Program-made: the position numbers and the translations under genes
Shown: piece by piece, positions 41,125 through 53,500 of the stretch
Numbering within the stretch: the first letter of the stretch is position 1
How the letters are laid out: each line of letters begins with the position of its first letter
Source: TPA_inf: Saccharomyces
Lineage: Eukaryota
DNA length: 64,000 nucleotides
Direction: 5' to 3'
NCBI GenBank assembly: GCA_000146045.2
Contig: BK006937.2
Coordinates: 192,001 to 256,000, forward strand
Notes under the pieces: generated by a model
Told to the model about the DNA's origin: nothing
Seen by the model: only the letters and a program-made list of their open reading frames with translations
Database searches by the model: none

Positions 41125-44100
41125 TCACAATTCGTCATGAAGGCCAGCGTAGTTTACGGTTCCTGCTACTGCATTATCATCGTTGACAATGTTTGTATTC
41201 GAATTATTATTCAAAGGTGCTGCAATTGTTTGCGGAGGGGCCACTGGATTAGGCAAAGAAGTGATCTCCACGTTAAGTGCTGAAATAACTTCACTAGATA
41301 GAGAGACGTCTTCGGTAACATCTACCGTACCAGATGCCTGCATTTCCGTCGTAAGCATTCGGGAAACAGGAGTATTTACATTTTCGCTGATTTTGTGGCG
41401 TACCCCAAACGCTTCAGATGAATCTTTTGATGACTGTACTTCTATCATTATTTCTTTCTGTACAAATCCTGATGCATCAATTGAACTAGCAGATATTTTG
41501 TGAGGGCTACTTACAAAAGATGGTGCTGTTGTGGTTACACCTGGCATCGGCTGAGCTACTGTGCTTGACGCGCTCTCCACGGATAAAGTTCCCTTGCCTA
41601 TATCAGACAGAGCGCCAATTGAAGCACCACTACTACTAAAGATCATAGATGCCATAGAAGTCCCTTCAATATTTGTGGATTCTGATAGGGAAGATTGACC
41701 AACACTCGTCTTAGGTGATTGTACAGCATCAGTGAAAACACTAGTGGGTTCCGAACTGTCAGCCAAAACACTAGTGGGTTCCGAATTGTCAGCCAAAACA
41801 CTAGTGGGTTCCAAATTGTCAGCCAACACACTGGTGTATTCCGAATTATCAATCAAGGCACTGGAGCGTTCTGAATCCTCGGTAGAGAAAGCAATTACTC
41901 TCGAAGTCTTCGTTTCTGTTTTTGAGAATGAGCTAGTTGCCGTCTCCACAATAGCTGATGAAACAGGTTCAGAGATGGAATGAAATTTAGAAAAAGTGGA
42001 ATCTGAGATTGAAGGGATTGATTCAGAAGCAAGAACAGAAGAAGTTACAGTCGATACTTCTATTGACTGGAAGCCAGAGGTTATAGATGAATCAGAAAAT
42101 GTACTCGGATGCGAGGAAATAGAGTCCTGGGATGCTGATGTTGACAAAATTTCTTCATTTGGGATCAAATTAGACGCAACTGAGTCAAATTCGGATGCTA
42201 TAGAAATAGAATGCGTAGGTGTTTCAACCATACGCTCTAATTCTGATGCTATGGGATCAATTTCGGAGACGGGCGAAGAAACCATAGTGTCTGTGGGCGT
42301 CAACAACATTGAAGAAGATGTTGTAACATACTGCTCGGCTTCTGCATTGGAATCTGATGCAGGTATATTCCTATACTCAATTTTTGTAATGACTTCAGTG
42401 ATTATTTTTGTCTTATAAATCTCTCTCGTGGATGCCGGTTTTGAGTTGTCTAGAAAAGATGTGTTGGCTGCATCATTGGTGGGGTTTGTTTGTGTGGTGG
42501 TAACCGCAGTCGCGGTACTTGTGGATAATGCTGTAGTAGGGCTAGTTGTTAACGATGAGGAAAGAGATAATGAAGATGAAGATGAAGACGGCATGTGTGA
42601 TAGCGAAGGTGATTCAGTACTTAAGAGTTTTGAAACGCTTTCTCTATCTGTTGTTATTTCGCTTTCTGATTGTTCTACTATTAACGAGGACAATTTCTCC
42701 TCCAAGTCAGGAGTCGGCTCAGGATATTCTGTGATAGAATTTGAAGATGAGGATAACAAATCTATCGACTCTGAATTCAGTGGAAGCGATGGTTTTTCGA
42801 CAATATTCGGTTCTGTAGGAGAGGCTAGCGGCTTCGTAATTTCAGAGGTAGGTGAAGACACAATTGGTTCATTAGTGACACTCTCTTCATAGAAAGAAGA
42901 AGAAGAAGAAGAAGAAGAAGAAGAAGCTGATGTTGGGATATCTGCAGAAGTGAATTGTGAATCAGCTGATGACGATATCCAAACAAATTTTTGCTCATCT
43001 TCTGTGGTGGTTCTCATAGTGCTAGTGTCAAATGAGGAAAATTCAGTCTCTATATCGCTAGCAACATCTGTAGCGCTGATGATATCTGCACTTTCAGTAA
43101 TGCCTCTGTAATCGTCATTAATAGTGAAATAAGAAGAAGATCCTTGGTCTATGGTAGTGTTTTCCTTGAATTTCGACTTATATATATCATGAGCATGTTT
43201 GTAAATAAAGCCGTGCACATTATGTTTGTAGCCTAGTTGAATAGCGCCAGCCAAAACCACTAACAAAACAAAATTCAAGAAAAATTTCCAAATATTTCGT
43301 AAAATTGATGACGATGTACCGGAAAGCTTCAGAACGTTGATCGTGTTCCCCATAGAAGTGCTTGCCAAATATCTAGAATCTGGAGAAAAAGTAACTTTTG
43401 TTATAGTAGATTCATGTACTCTTGGAACCAACTGAACAAGCTTTAGCTTTTCAACGCTGACGATGGCAACCAAGTTATCGTTAGATGATAATGCAACGAA
43501 CTTCTTATTTGGGGAGACATCCATCGATGTTATTCCATTCAAATCGAACATGAAGGATGCTGTTTTTAAAATTTTAACACCTTTGGAACTCACACCTAGT
43601 TTTAACAAGGAAACTCCATCAGAGTTCGATAATGATGCTGCCACTAATAGCGTATTGTCATTGAGAAACCTGATATTAGAAAGAACAAGATTTTTATCAA
43701 AATCCGTTTTCCTTGCTACAAAATTTCCGTCCCTAACAGACGCTACTTCCAAAGAATTAGAAGTGATATATGACAAAAGAATACCGTTAGGGGCGAAGTG
43801 CAAATCATTAACTTCCCTACCCGTTTCAATTTCGTAATTTTCCGTCAAATTACGCGGGTCAATGATTCTTATCACAGTGGGCACTTCAGAGGACGCAATT
43901 GCAGCTACTGTGGCCCTTTGATTAATGTAAACAAACTTAGTGAAAACGGATGGGTCTGTAGTTCTGTTGAAATCAATACTGGCCACGAATTTTAGATGTT
44001 CTTGTTCAAACACAAACTTCCTCAAGTGGTGGTTAACGTTCTCCATGGAGGAATCATTAAACAGTTCATTGCAACCAACTAGAATCAGGTTATTATTACA

Positions 44101-44322
44101 ATCCAATGAAGTGGGCGCATCGTCAATCGAATCTAATGTGATCTCACGAAACCTTCTAATGTGTTTCTTTTTCTGGAAGTTCACCTTTAAAGCTGTAATT
44201 TTGTTTGGAAACGAGGAATTGAACTGGCCTCCACCACCAGCCACCAGTAGAGTGCCTTCATTTATAAATTTAGCACCATATATCGGATATCCGACGTCAT
44301 AGTTTGCAGAGTTGCCACTCAT
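41125..44322 (-). CDS. SED4: Sec12-like ER membrane protein. It has an N-terminal WD/beta-propeller cytosolic domain, one TM, and a long Ser/Thr-rich lumenal region with tandem repeats.
   Basis: 1065 aa. The TM is FLNFVLLVVLAGAI. The lumenal half is S/T-rich low complexity, with a 10-aa tandem repeat (LADNSEPTSV) and poly-Ser. Confidence 0.85.
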   Translation of the reverse strand: MSGNSANYDVGYPIYGAKFINEGTLLVAGGGGQFNSSFPNKITALKVNFQKKKHIRRFREITLDSIDDAPTSLDCNNNLILVGCNELFNDSSMENVNHHLRKFVFEQEHLKFVASIDFNRTTDPSVFTKFVYINQRATVAAIASSEVPTVIRIIDPRNLTENYEIETGREVNDLHFAPNGILLSYITSNSLEVASVRDGNFVARKTDFDKNLVLSNIRFLNDNTLLVAASLSNSDGVSLLKLGVSSKGVKILKTASFMFDLNGITSMDVSPNKKFVALSSNDNLVAIVSVEKLKLVQLVPRVHESTITKVTFSPDSRYLASTSMGNTINVLKLSGTSSSILRNIWKFFLNFVLLVVLAGAIQLGYKHNVHGFIYKHAHDIYKSKFKENTTIDQGSSSYFTINDDYRGITESADIISATDVASDIETEFSSFDTSTMRTTTEDEQKFVWISSSADSQFTSADIPTSASSSSSSSSSSFYEESVTNEPIVSSPTSEITKPLASPTEPNIVEKPSLPLNSESIDLLSSSSNSITEYPEPTPDLEEKLSSLIVEQSESEITTDRESVSKLLSTESPSLSHMPSSSSSSLSLSSSLTTSPTTALSTSTATAVTTTQTNPTNDAANTSFLDNSKPASTREIYKTKIITEVITKIEYRNIPASDSNAEAEQYVTTSSSMLLTPTDTMVSSPVSEIDPIASELERMVETPTHSISIASEFDSVASNLIPNEEILSTSASQDSISSHPSTFSDSSITSGFQSIEVSTVTSSVLASESIPSISDSTFSKFHSISEPVSSAIVETATSSFSKTETKTSRVIAFSTEDSERSSALIDNSEYTSVLADNLEPTSVLADNSEPTSVLADSSEPTSVFTDAVQSPKTSVGQSSLSESTNIEGTSMASMIFSSSGASIGALSDIGKGTLSVESASSTVAQPMPGVTTTAPSFVSSPHKISASSIDASGFVQKEIMIEVQSSKDSSEAFGVRHKISENVNTPVSRMLTTEMQASGTVDVTEDVSLSSEVISALNVEITSLPNPVAPPQTIAAPLNNNSNTNIVNDDNAVAGTVNYAGLHDEL
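41735..41884. repeat. 30-bp minisatellite (3 near-perfect and 2 degenerate copies) inside the SED4 coding sequence
   Basis: AAAACACTAGTGGGTTCCGAA(C/T)TGTCAGCC x3, then two diverged copies. Encodes repeated ...SEPTSVLADN... on the minus strand. Confidence 0.85.
42893..42926. repeat. (GAA)n trinucleotide microsatellite (~11 units) inside SED4, encoding poly-Ser on the coding strand
   Basis: agaaGAAGAAGAAGAAGAAGAAGAAGAAGAAGct. On the minus strand this is TCT/TTC codons (SSSSSSSSSS). Confidence 0.9.
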
Positions 44323-45213
44323 TATTATGCTAGTTTTTCTAAGTTTAAAAGGAGAGAAAAAAAAGGAAGAGAGGACGTATCGTAGGGAATTGTGATGCTT
44401 GTTGACAAACAGCCTCCGTCGATCGAAGCAGCTATAAGCGTAGGTTACTTGAAGCGTTCACAGTTCTCATTTACACTGTACAATTCTCGAGATATAAATG
44501 AAAATTACTACAACCAAGAAAAAAGGACAGGAGGGCTAAAAGGATAATAAAATAGGGCAGTTACAAATGTGGTCAAAAATACTAGGGCTCAAAATTGCTA
44601 AGTAAGGGCTTGACAGATGTAACATAATACGAAATAAACTGGATATCGTTTAATAATTATCAAGGTGATTTAAATCGTAAATACATAGGCTGGGCCATAT
44701 ACACTAACATGTGTCGTGACCAATGTGCAGCAGATAGACTTGCTCATTAAATATATTCCAGGTAGGATTCTCTAAGGGTTTTTTTTTTTCTCTATAGCTG
44801 TCACTTTTTTTTTTTTCTCTTATCAATCACAGATATAATAAGCATAACATCGGAAAGAAAATAATGATAGGGCAAAAGGGAAAGCATTTCCAGTTGAATA
44901 CAGTATCTCTACTATATTGTTGTTCGCTGAAGACAGCCGTTTCCGGAAAAAAGTGATTGTGTGATCGCAGTTACCCGCACCTTTGTTCAACAGTACATAA
45001 TAAGAATCTGTAGATATAGATGAACTTTCTCTATTACATAAGACTAGCCTAAAAGCCTTGTTTCTATCATTTAAAGGCTTTTGAGACACTCAAATCAGTG
45101 TCAACCTTTTGGATAAGTCAAAGAAAGTACGCCGCTGCTCAGAAAATTGTTATCGTGATTGAGAACTGATCTAGGCATTACAATTAAAGGAAACAAGGGA
45201 AATATTCTATTGA

Positions 45214-46776
45214 ATGTTGCATAAAAGCCCTTCAAGAAAGAGATTTGCTTCTCCTTTGCATCTAGGATGCATTCTAACGCTTACAGTGCTCTGCCTTATT
45301 GCTTACTACTTTGCTTTACCGGATTATTTATCGGTAGGGAAGAGCTCATCCAGGGGTGCCATGGATCAAAAATCTGATGGAACCTTTAGACTTAAGTCTA
45401 TCTACAGGCATGGCGTCGGAGCAAACCATCGGCTACACCAGAGGCTGGAGGTCACTCCAGAAGTTATTTCTGCCGCTGGAATGCTGTATCAAGAAACCAC
45501 AACTCAAGGACAGGATTTCGAAGACCAAGAACCCCTATGGACTACTAATGCCGAATATGCCACCACTAACCCATTCGATTTTGAGTTTGAGCTACGAAGG
45601 ATGCCGCTATTGATGAAGCGGATGAAGGAAAGAGATCCTGAATTCATAGAGTCGTACATTTACGGAGAAACATACATGACGGAGGAGGAAGAACACGCCA
45701 TGTGGATAGATGATGACATTGTGGCACCCAATATCACAGATAGAGGTACAGTAGTGTCGTTAGCATTAATGTCGTCTAATGCTTACGTGAGAATACCGCA
45801 AACGGGAGACTGGCGTAACGTCACGGAGCCGTGGAATGAAACAGAGCCGGAAGATTTTGGTTGGGATGGTGATGGTATACGTGGTCACGTCTTTTACAAT
45901 GAAGTGGAGAATATCGTGGTACTCTCGATAAAGGGAACCAGCGCTCAGGGTTTGCCAGGGTCTGGCGAAGATGAGACAACTGGAAACGACAAGATCAACG
46001 ATAATTTGTTATTTTCGTGTTGTTGTGCAAGAGTGAGCTACCTGTGGACTACCGTGTGCGATTGCTATGTGAAGTCGTATATATGCGATGAGTCTTGCCT
46101 GGAAAAGGAACTGAGACGTAAGGATAGATTTTACTCTGCAGTCGTTGACATATACAAAGGCGTCCTCAAAGAATACCCCGATGCGGCCATATGGGTCACA
46201 GGCCACTCACTGGGAGGCGCATTGGCCAGTTTACTGGGCCGCACTTTTGGATTGCCTGCGGTCGCATTCGAGTCCCCTGGAGAGCTACTACCTTCAAAAA
46301 GACTTCACTTACCATTCCCACCGGGACTTCCCTCATACATGGAGGGTATCTGGCACTTCGGTCACAACGCAGACCCAATCTTCATGGGTACATGCAACGG
46401 AGCTAGTTCAAGTTGCTCACTGGTGGGCTACGCTATGGAAACCGCGTGCCACACTGGTAGAGTCTGTGTCTACGATGTGGTCAACGACAAGGGCTGGAGT
46501 GTAAACATGTTCAACCACAGAATCCACAAAGTCATTGACGAAGTTCTCCTTGGATACGAGCAGGCTGCCAAGTGCGTTGAACCAGAGCCCTGCGTAGATT
46601 GCTACAACTGGAAGTTTATTCCAAGCAGAGACTGGGAATCCTCATCGAGGCTCATTACCAAGACTAAAAGCCACGCTGCACCAACCACGACGACTCGCAC
46701 CACTGCTACTACTACCTCTTCATCTACCTGTGTAGGCCGCAATTGGCTTGGCTTCTGCACCAAATACGAGTTGTAA
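45214..46776 (+). CDS. ATG15: Vacuolar phospholipase/lipase (class 3 lipase; autophagic body lysis)
   Basis: N-terminal TM/signal anchor and the lipase nucleophile elbow GHSLGGALASLLG. 520 aa. Confidence 0.88.
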   Translation: MLHKSPSRKRFASPLHLGCILTLTVLCLIAYYFALPDYLSVGKSSSRGAMDQKSDGTFRLKSIYRHGVGANHRLHQRLEVTPEVISAAGMLYQETTTQGQDFEDQEPLWTTNAEYATTNPFDFEFELRRMPLLMKRMKERDPEFIESYIYGETYMTEEEEHAMWIDDDIVAPNITDRGTVVSLALMSSNAYVRIPQTGDWRNVTEPWNETEPEDFGWDGDGIRGHVFYNEVENIVVLSIKGTSAQGLPGSGEDETTGNDKINDNLLFSCCCARVSYLWTTVCDCYVKSYICDESCLEKELRRKDRFYSAVVDIYKGVLKEYPDAAIWVTGHSLGGALASLLGRTFGLPAVAFESPGELLPSKRLHLPFPPGLPSYMEGIWHFGHNADPIFMGTCNGASSSCSLVGYAMETACHTGRVCVYDVVNDKGWSVNMFNHRIHKVIDEVLLGYEQAAKCVEPEPCVDCYNWKFIPSRDWESSSRLITKTKSHAAPTTTTRTTATTTSSSTCVGRNWLGFCTKYEL

Positions 46777-47054
46777 GACCCATACATCTATTATGACCCT
46801 AGTGTTGTTTTAGGGCCTATGCGCCCTTTTTTTCTTCCATTGTCTGATAAATAATGTATCATTTTGACAACTTAAAGGTTCAGCTAAACGACACGAGAAG
46901 ATATATTAATACTGCTTTAAAGTGAAAGGCGTCAGTCAGGTGCAATTAATAGGTCACATATTCTTTGCTTCAATTGCTCTCTAGCAAACTCACACACTCG
47001 TAGATTGGAAGACCGAAGAAAATAGATAGACTTTCGAATAAGTTCAGCAACAAC

Positions 47055-48011
47055 ATGTGGTTGAAATCCTTGCTGCTCTGCCTGTACTCCTTAGTACTCT
47101 GCCAAGTCCACGCTGCACCTTCATCAGGGAAGCAGATTACCTCCAAGGATGTTGATCTTCAGAAAAAATATGAGCCCAGTCCCCCCGCCACACATCGTGG
47201 AATAATCACTATCGAATACTTTGATCCCGTTTCGAAGTCGATGAAAGAGGCGGATCTGACTTTTGAGTTGTACGGTACTGTCGTGCCCAAAACTGTGAAC
47301 AACTTTGCTATGCTGGCCCATGGTGTTAAGGCAGTTATCGAAGGGAAAGATCCCAATGATATACATACTTACTCGTACCGTAAGACCAAAATCAACAAGG
47401 TTTACCCTAACAAGTATATCCAGGGTGGTGTGGTTGCCCCAGATGTGGGTCCTTTCACCGTCTATGGGCCCAAATTTGATGACGAAAACTTTTACTTAAA
47501 ACATGACAGGCCTGAAAGACTCGCAATGGCCTATTTTGGACCTGATTCTAACACCTCGGAATTCATCATCACCACTAAAGCCGATGGAAATGAGGAATTG
47601 GATGGCAAAAGTGTCGTGTTTGGTCAAATAACTTCTGGTCTAGATCAACTAATGGATGCTATTCAATACACAGAAACAGACGAATATGGAAAGCCTCAGC
47701 ATGAATTACGGTTCCTGTATTTCGTTCTAGAAATCTTAAAAATTAGTAACATCTTAGATTTGCACGCTGCGTACACAGAAAAAGTCGAGAAGTTTAGAAA
47801 TGGCGATGTGTCTGTTGGCTCCACTTTGGAAAACATCTTCCGTAACGATAAAGCCTACACACCTTTAACCACCTCCACTGGAACCACCGCCTATGATTTA
47901 AACCACCCAATTTCCAGAGCCTTGATGTGTTTAACTGTTCTTGGCCTTTGTTTCATTGCCTACAAGGGCATGCACGAAAAGCCTCATACGGTTTCATTAA
48001 GACACAAGTAA
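47055..48011 (+). CDS. CPR4: Cyclophilin-type peptidyl-prolyl isomerase with a signal peptide and a C-terminal TM
   Basis: Signal MWLKSLLLCLYSLVLCQVHA and a cyclophilin core. 318 aa. Confidence 0.85.
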   Translation: MWLKSLLLCLYSLVLCQVHAAPSSGKQITSKDVDLQKKYEPSPPATHRGIITIEYFDPVSKSMKEADLTFELYGTVVPKTVNNFAMLAHGVKAVIEGKDPNDIHTYSYRKTKINKVYPNKYIQGGVVAPDVGPFTVYGPKFDDENFYLKHDRPERLAMAYFGPDSNTSEFIITTKADGNEELDGKSVVFGQITSGLDQLMDAIQYTETDEYGKPQHELRFLYFVLEILKISNILDLHAAYTEKVEKFRNGDVSVGSTLENIFRNDKAYTPLTTSTGTTAYDLNHPISRALMCLTVLGLCFIAYKGMHEKPHTVSLRHK

Positions 48012-48102
48012 GCAACTTCTTTTCGATGGCTTGATGACCACATGGCTATGATTTTAATTAATATATATACATGACAATTATTTTTTTATACATTAGCGAT
48101 AC

Positions 48103-48558
<456 letters not shown>

Positions 48559-48804
48559 CTACCTTGGAGTAAGTTGCTTTAGGTAAACGGGCACTTCTTT
48601 CAAAAGGTTTTCCTTCTTGCTGGAGCTATACTGCTTATAGTACCATATTTTAAATTCATACCAAGCCATTCGTACGCGATGACCATTATAGATCGACCTT
48701 GCGACACCATCATATTTAATATTCAAAAAGAAAAAAATGCAGTTCTATATCACAGTTATATAATATTTATATGTGCATGTATGTTACTTGTCTTTGCACA
48801 TAAC

Positions 48805-50352
48805 TCAATGCGTCCACAATCTTACCATCTTGTCTTTCCCACCACTACACACTCTTTTACCGTCGACACTCCAGTCGACGGTATAAACTTCGTCTTTATG
48901 ACCAGGGAGGTCAACAGAAAGTTTTCTAGTTCTTACATCCCACACTTTCAACGTGGTATCTTTGGAACATGACACCAGTAGTCGGCAGTCCGATGACCAC
49001 GCAACCTGGTATACGCTGGCTACATGCCCTCTAAATGTGGAGATAAACTTACCATCTCTACCGTCCCAAAGTTTGATAGAGTTATCAAAAGACGCTGAGA
49101 CAATATACCTACCATCAGGGCTGAACGCCACATGATTGACTAATTTTTGGTGACCGGTCATTCTTGCTATAGGCTTGGTAGATTTTAGTGGGTTCCATAA
49201 AAACATGGTATAATCATCGCTTGCAGTAACCATCATTTCTTCTGAATTTCCATTCTTTTTACAGATTTTTTCATAATTTTCCAATGCCTTTTTCTGGGCT
49301 TCTTCTGGTGTAGAAGGCTTCTTACCTGTATGATCGAATGCACCAATGCGCAATGCGTAATCTGTAGATAAAGATAAGTGATTAACCCAGTGCGCATGCG
49401 ACTTCAAAATGTTGATACATCTGCCCTGCGAATTGATGTCCCATACACGTACGGTTCTATCGTGAGAGCCACTATACAATAGACCTTGGCCGCCCCATTT
49501 GACACAAGACACTGAATTTGTGTGACCACTCATCGTATACTGGCAAACTCTGCTCACAGTGTCCCAAATCTTAATAGTACCATCCTTAGAAGATGAAGCT
49601 AATCTTGGTTTGGAGCCCGGCTTCACAAGATGTATAGGTTCCCAACTTAAAGAAGTGATCCACTTGGAATGACCTCTGAGAGCATCACCTAGACACTGAC
49701 CGCTTTTTGGGTCCCATAATCTTATGGTATTGTCCATGGATCCCGTAGCAATTACTTCTCCATCGGGGGACCAGGAAACGCAGAGAACCCAATTGTAGTG
49801 ACCCTTTAGAGTATGCATTGGCGTTTGGGTGTCACAGTCCCAAATCCTTGCAGTATTATCACCTGCACCGGTTACCATCCTAGAACTCGTATGTGGTGCG
49901 AAGGCAGAACACAAAATTGTGGAACCGTGACCTGCAATGGCTGATGAACTTCTAGTTACCGGCTTGACTTTGAAAACTGCTCTTGGCGTATACAGTAGCG
50001 TGATCTGATCTTCTGTACTGTTATAGCCTGGTTTTATTAATGAAGAATATAGGTTATCTGTTATATCAATCGTCTTCACAGGGTCACTGGCCTTCTTACC
50101 TTGAATTGTACAGCTGAAGGTATATGGCACTGGATCGTCTGAAGTACCGTTCAATTGATTTAAAAGTTCTTCTAACTGTTTCTCGGAGATAGCACCGGGA
50201 ACTCTCAGGGCGCCACCTACATTGTCACCAGTATCTAAAGCTTGGAACTTGATTGAAACATTGGGTAAATCTTTCGGAATAATAGCTACTTCTCTGGGAA
50301 GTTGAGCCTCTTTCTTTTGTTTCTTAGAAGGTGGAGGAATCAGGGTGGACAT
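48805..50352 (-). CDS. RSA4: Notchless-like WD40 protein with an N-terminal UBL domain (60S ribosome biogenesis)
   Basis: 515 aa with 8 WD repeats (GH..W, WD motifs) and an N-terminal NLE domain. Confidence 0.9.
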   Translation of the reverse strand: MSTLIPPPSKKQKKEAQLPREVAIIPKDLPNVSIKFQALDTGDNVGGALRVPGAISEKQLEELLNQLNGTSDDPVPYTFSCTIQGKKASDPVKTIDITDNLYSSLIKPGYNSTEDQITLLYTPRAVFKVKPVTRSSSAIAGHGSTILCSAFAPHTSSRMVTGAGDNTARIWDCDTQTPMHTLKGHYNWVLCVSWSPDGEVIATGSMDNTIRLWDPKSGQCLGDALRGHSKWITSLSWEPIHLVKPGSKPRLASSSKDGTIKIWDTVSRVCQYTMSGHTNSVSCVKWGGQGLLYSGSHDRTVRVWDINSQGRCINILKSHAHWVNHLSLSTDYALRIGAFDHTGKKPSTPEEAQKKALENYEKICKKNGNSEEMMVTASDDYTMFLWNPLKSTKPIARMTGHQKLVNHVAFSPDGRYIVSASFDNSIKLWDGRDGKFISTFRGHVASVYQVAWSSDCRLLVSCSKDTTLKVWDVRTRKLSVDLPGHKDEVYTVDWSVDGKRVCSGGKDKMVRLWTH

Positions 50353-50437
50353 CTGTATATTGTGTTAGTGTGTGTTTATCGAGGTTACAAATATAAAAAT
50401 CTTGTGATATATGTCTTTTAAAGATACTCTTTTTGAA

Positions 50438-50480
50438 GCTCATCGCATTTTTTTTTTTTTTTTCATTTTAAAATTTTTCA
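50438..50480. promoter_or_regulatory. PAC (GCGATGAGC, bottom strand) plus RRPE (TGAAAAATTTT, bottom strand) motif pair in the RSA4 promoter
   Basis: GCTCATCGC at 50438-50446 and AAAATTTTTCA at 50470-50480, about 90-130 bp upstream of the RSA4 ATG. This is the classic ribosome-biogenesis regulon signature. Confidence 0.7.
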
Positions 50481-50587
50481 CCGGTTTCTCGGGTAACAGC
50501 TCTAAATGAAATCTTGCCTTCATCACCATTATTGAATTACATTACATTATATATCGTAGTATATCATATTTTTAGACGTTGACCACT

Positions 50588-53500
50588 CTATGAGCTTAGG
50601 ATAGGTACTTGATCTTTCTCTGAGTTGCCAAATGCTATTTCACGGATTTGTATCATCCAAGGGTCTATCAGTAGTTCCACAGCAGTAGCCCTCATAGTGG
50701 GGTCTTGAACCAAACACCTTTCCAAGAAGGCTCTTCCCGCTGCAGTCATTTCGTCTCTATTGGGTAGTTGCGGTATTCGACCTGCAGCAACGTGGTACAT
50801 GATGGCCCATTCATTATCCAAGTTAGACCAAGGTCGTCTACCTGTGGCCATTTCTAGCACAACACATCCTAATGCCCATACATCGTCCGCTCCAAGTTTT
50901 CCCTTAACTGCCGAGCCTGAAATAGTCTCTGGAGCCATATACATCGGTGTCCCCATCATTTCATTGAGGGACTTTGTTTCTACTCCAAAATCTTGAACGG
51001 CTGCGTTCCGCACAGTTCTAGTCCTAGATCCTACAACGGTACGTGCCGTACCAAAATCCACATATTTTATGATTCCATTGAAATCCAGCAAGATATTCTC
51101 CGGTTTAATGTCGCGATGCACCACGCCAGATTGGTGCAAATATGCCAAACCTTCTAATAGTTCGAATGTGTACACTTGTGTTACCATTTCATCTTCAATT
51201 CTTCCATGATCCAATAACGAGGCTAAAGAACCACCCTCACAGTATTCCATGAAGATGTTAACTTTATCGCGATGTACTTCGACACCATAGTACTGGACAA
51301 TATTAGGATGGTTTAACATTTCCAATACGGTCATCTCTTCTTTAATCAGGGGAAAAATCTTCTTCATTGTTGTGGTATCGTGTATCTTTATTTCCTTAAC
51401 AGCTAAGATTTCACCGTTTTCCAGATTAATTGCAGAGTATACCTGTCCAAATGTTCCACCGCCAATGAAGCTTCTTTTTTGCCACCTCATTGATACATTC
51501 GATAATGAGGATGCTAGCGATAGTAGGTATTTGTTTCCCTGATCTGTAGCATCCAATACCTTACCCATTTGCCTGGGATTCCTCTTCATAGTCTTTTCCA
51601 ACGTCTTTATAGCTTCCAGTCTCAACCTGCTGTTTATTTCTAGGGTGGCCTCTTCATCAATATTCTCTTCAGTATCAATATTCAATCTTGCCTGTTGCAT
51701 GCCATTTTCAGCTTCAGTGGCTCGTGCACCCATAACGTCGAAATGTGAAATTAATAATGACATACATACTGATACCCTCTCCTTCAGTTCTTGAAATTGC
51801 TTTACATTCAGCGCCAGGATATTATAACCACTAGTCATCTGCATCGCAAAATCCATTGCAAGAACGCACCATCGGAAAGTTCGCTGATCGGTAGGATCAC
51901 ACTCTTCAACAAGGAATTTCAACCAGTTCATTCCTAATTTAACCATCAGAAAGATGATAACGTACTTCCTCTTTGAGCTAAAGGCGTTATATTTAAGGAA
52001 ACTTCTTCCAAAATCCCTTCCAAACATGAATATCGAATTTAACAACTCATTTCCCGGACATTGCTTCATAAAGCTACCTAGAATTCCTTTGTAGTTGTTC
52101 AATACTGTATAAGTAAGTTTGTAATATGCCTTATTGATTTTTTGTAGGGAGGATTCAATTGAATTGAGTGAACAACGTTTCTCTATGAATGAAACAGAAT
52201 CACCTACCGTTTGATTAAACTTGTCGATTTGATAAGTCAGTGCATAATTAGAACCTTGATTGAGTAAAATCAACGTATTTGGGTTACCAATTTTCCCTAA
52301 ATCCATTTCGTTGGATGCAAAAAGGTTGTTACCTGGAAGCTTATATACTGGTCCATCCCAAACTACTGGCTCTCCAGGATATAGTACAACTAGTGCACCC
52401 AATGAGCTCAAAGCAACTTCCAATTCAAAAACTTCATTGTTCTTTTCATCAAGGTGCTGATCAAAAGGGTCTGTTGAAAAATTCTTCTTTTTGGACTGAT
52501 GAGCATGCCTGTCCAAATCACTTGACGAATTTGCTACTACTCGGTAGTAAGGAATTCCTTTGGAATCCTCCCCTTTCGATACTAGAATGTTCAAATCTGT
52601 TTCTTTTGTTGTTATATCATACACATTCAAATTATTTCCAATGTCAAGCTTTGGGACCAAATCACAGCCAATGGATTTATTTCGCAAAATTCTTAAGATG
52701 GTATCATTGTCACAACCTAATAATTCAGGAGCAGCAAACATATATACACCACTAGACTCAAAAGTGTTACCGGAGTATACCAAAAAATAGTGAGCATCTT
52801 TTAACTTTTTAACAAGTTGTGCATTATGATTAATCTGATAAACAGCAGAATTTTGGAACGCCTTGACTAGAATATTGCTGAACCTGTTCAGCTTTCTTTT
52901 CATGGCACCCAAATTTTCGAAAATGGAACTTAGCCATTTTTCTGCTTCTGAAGCGTTAGCAAATGTTGGTGGGAAGTTTTGTTGTTTCAAAAGATAGAAT
53001 TGCAATTTATGTACGAGTCTCAAAGTTAACTTGAGAAATTCATTTGGAATCACGGTTTCTGCACCGTTAATATAGTGACCGGTGTTTTTTAGGTGATCCC
53101 AGTATTTCAAGAGTAGATCGGGTGCTTTGAAATTTTGTTTACTGGAATCAATCAACTTTAAATTCAACAGAAAAAATAAATAACGAATGGCTTCTATTAC
53201 AGTATTTTCGAACGTCGGGTCAAAATCCACATCGAACGGCAAATTGGAGCAATATTTTGTCAGTGTGTACTTCAATTGCACAGAAAGTCGAATAAAAGCG
53301 TTAAAATCATCGATCATTTGATCGATCATCATCATTGTTGGATTTTTAAGCTTTCGTGCATATGACAATCTAGTCAAAATAACTTCTTTGATTAAATAGA
53401 CGGGGAACGCCAGTAGTGATCTTAACCTTTCATAAGGATATTTTATGTTCATCTTTGTCAAAGTTTCTCTGTAGACTATAAAATGTAGTTTCAGTTTGAA

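Noticed and set aside
44823-45089. 88-aa minus-strand ORF in the SED4/ATG15 divergent promoter
   Set aside because: Short, with no domain, and it lies in a promoter region rich in homopolymer tracts. Probably spurious.
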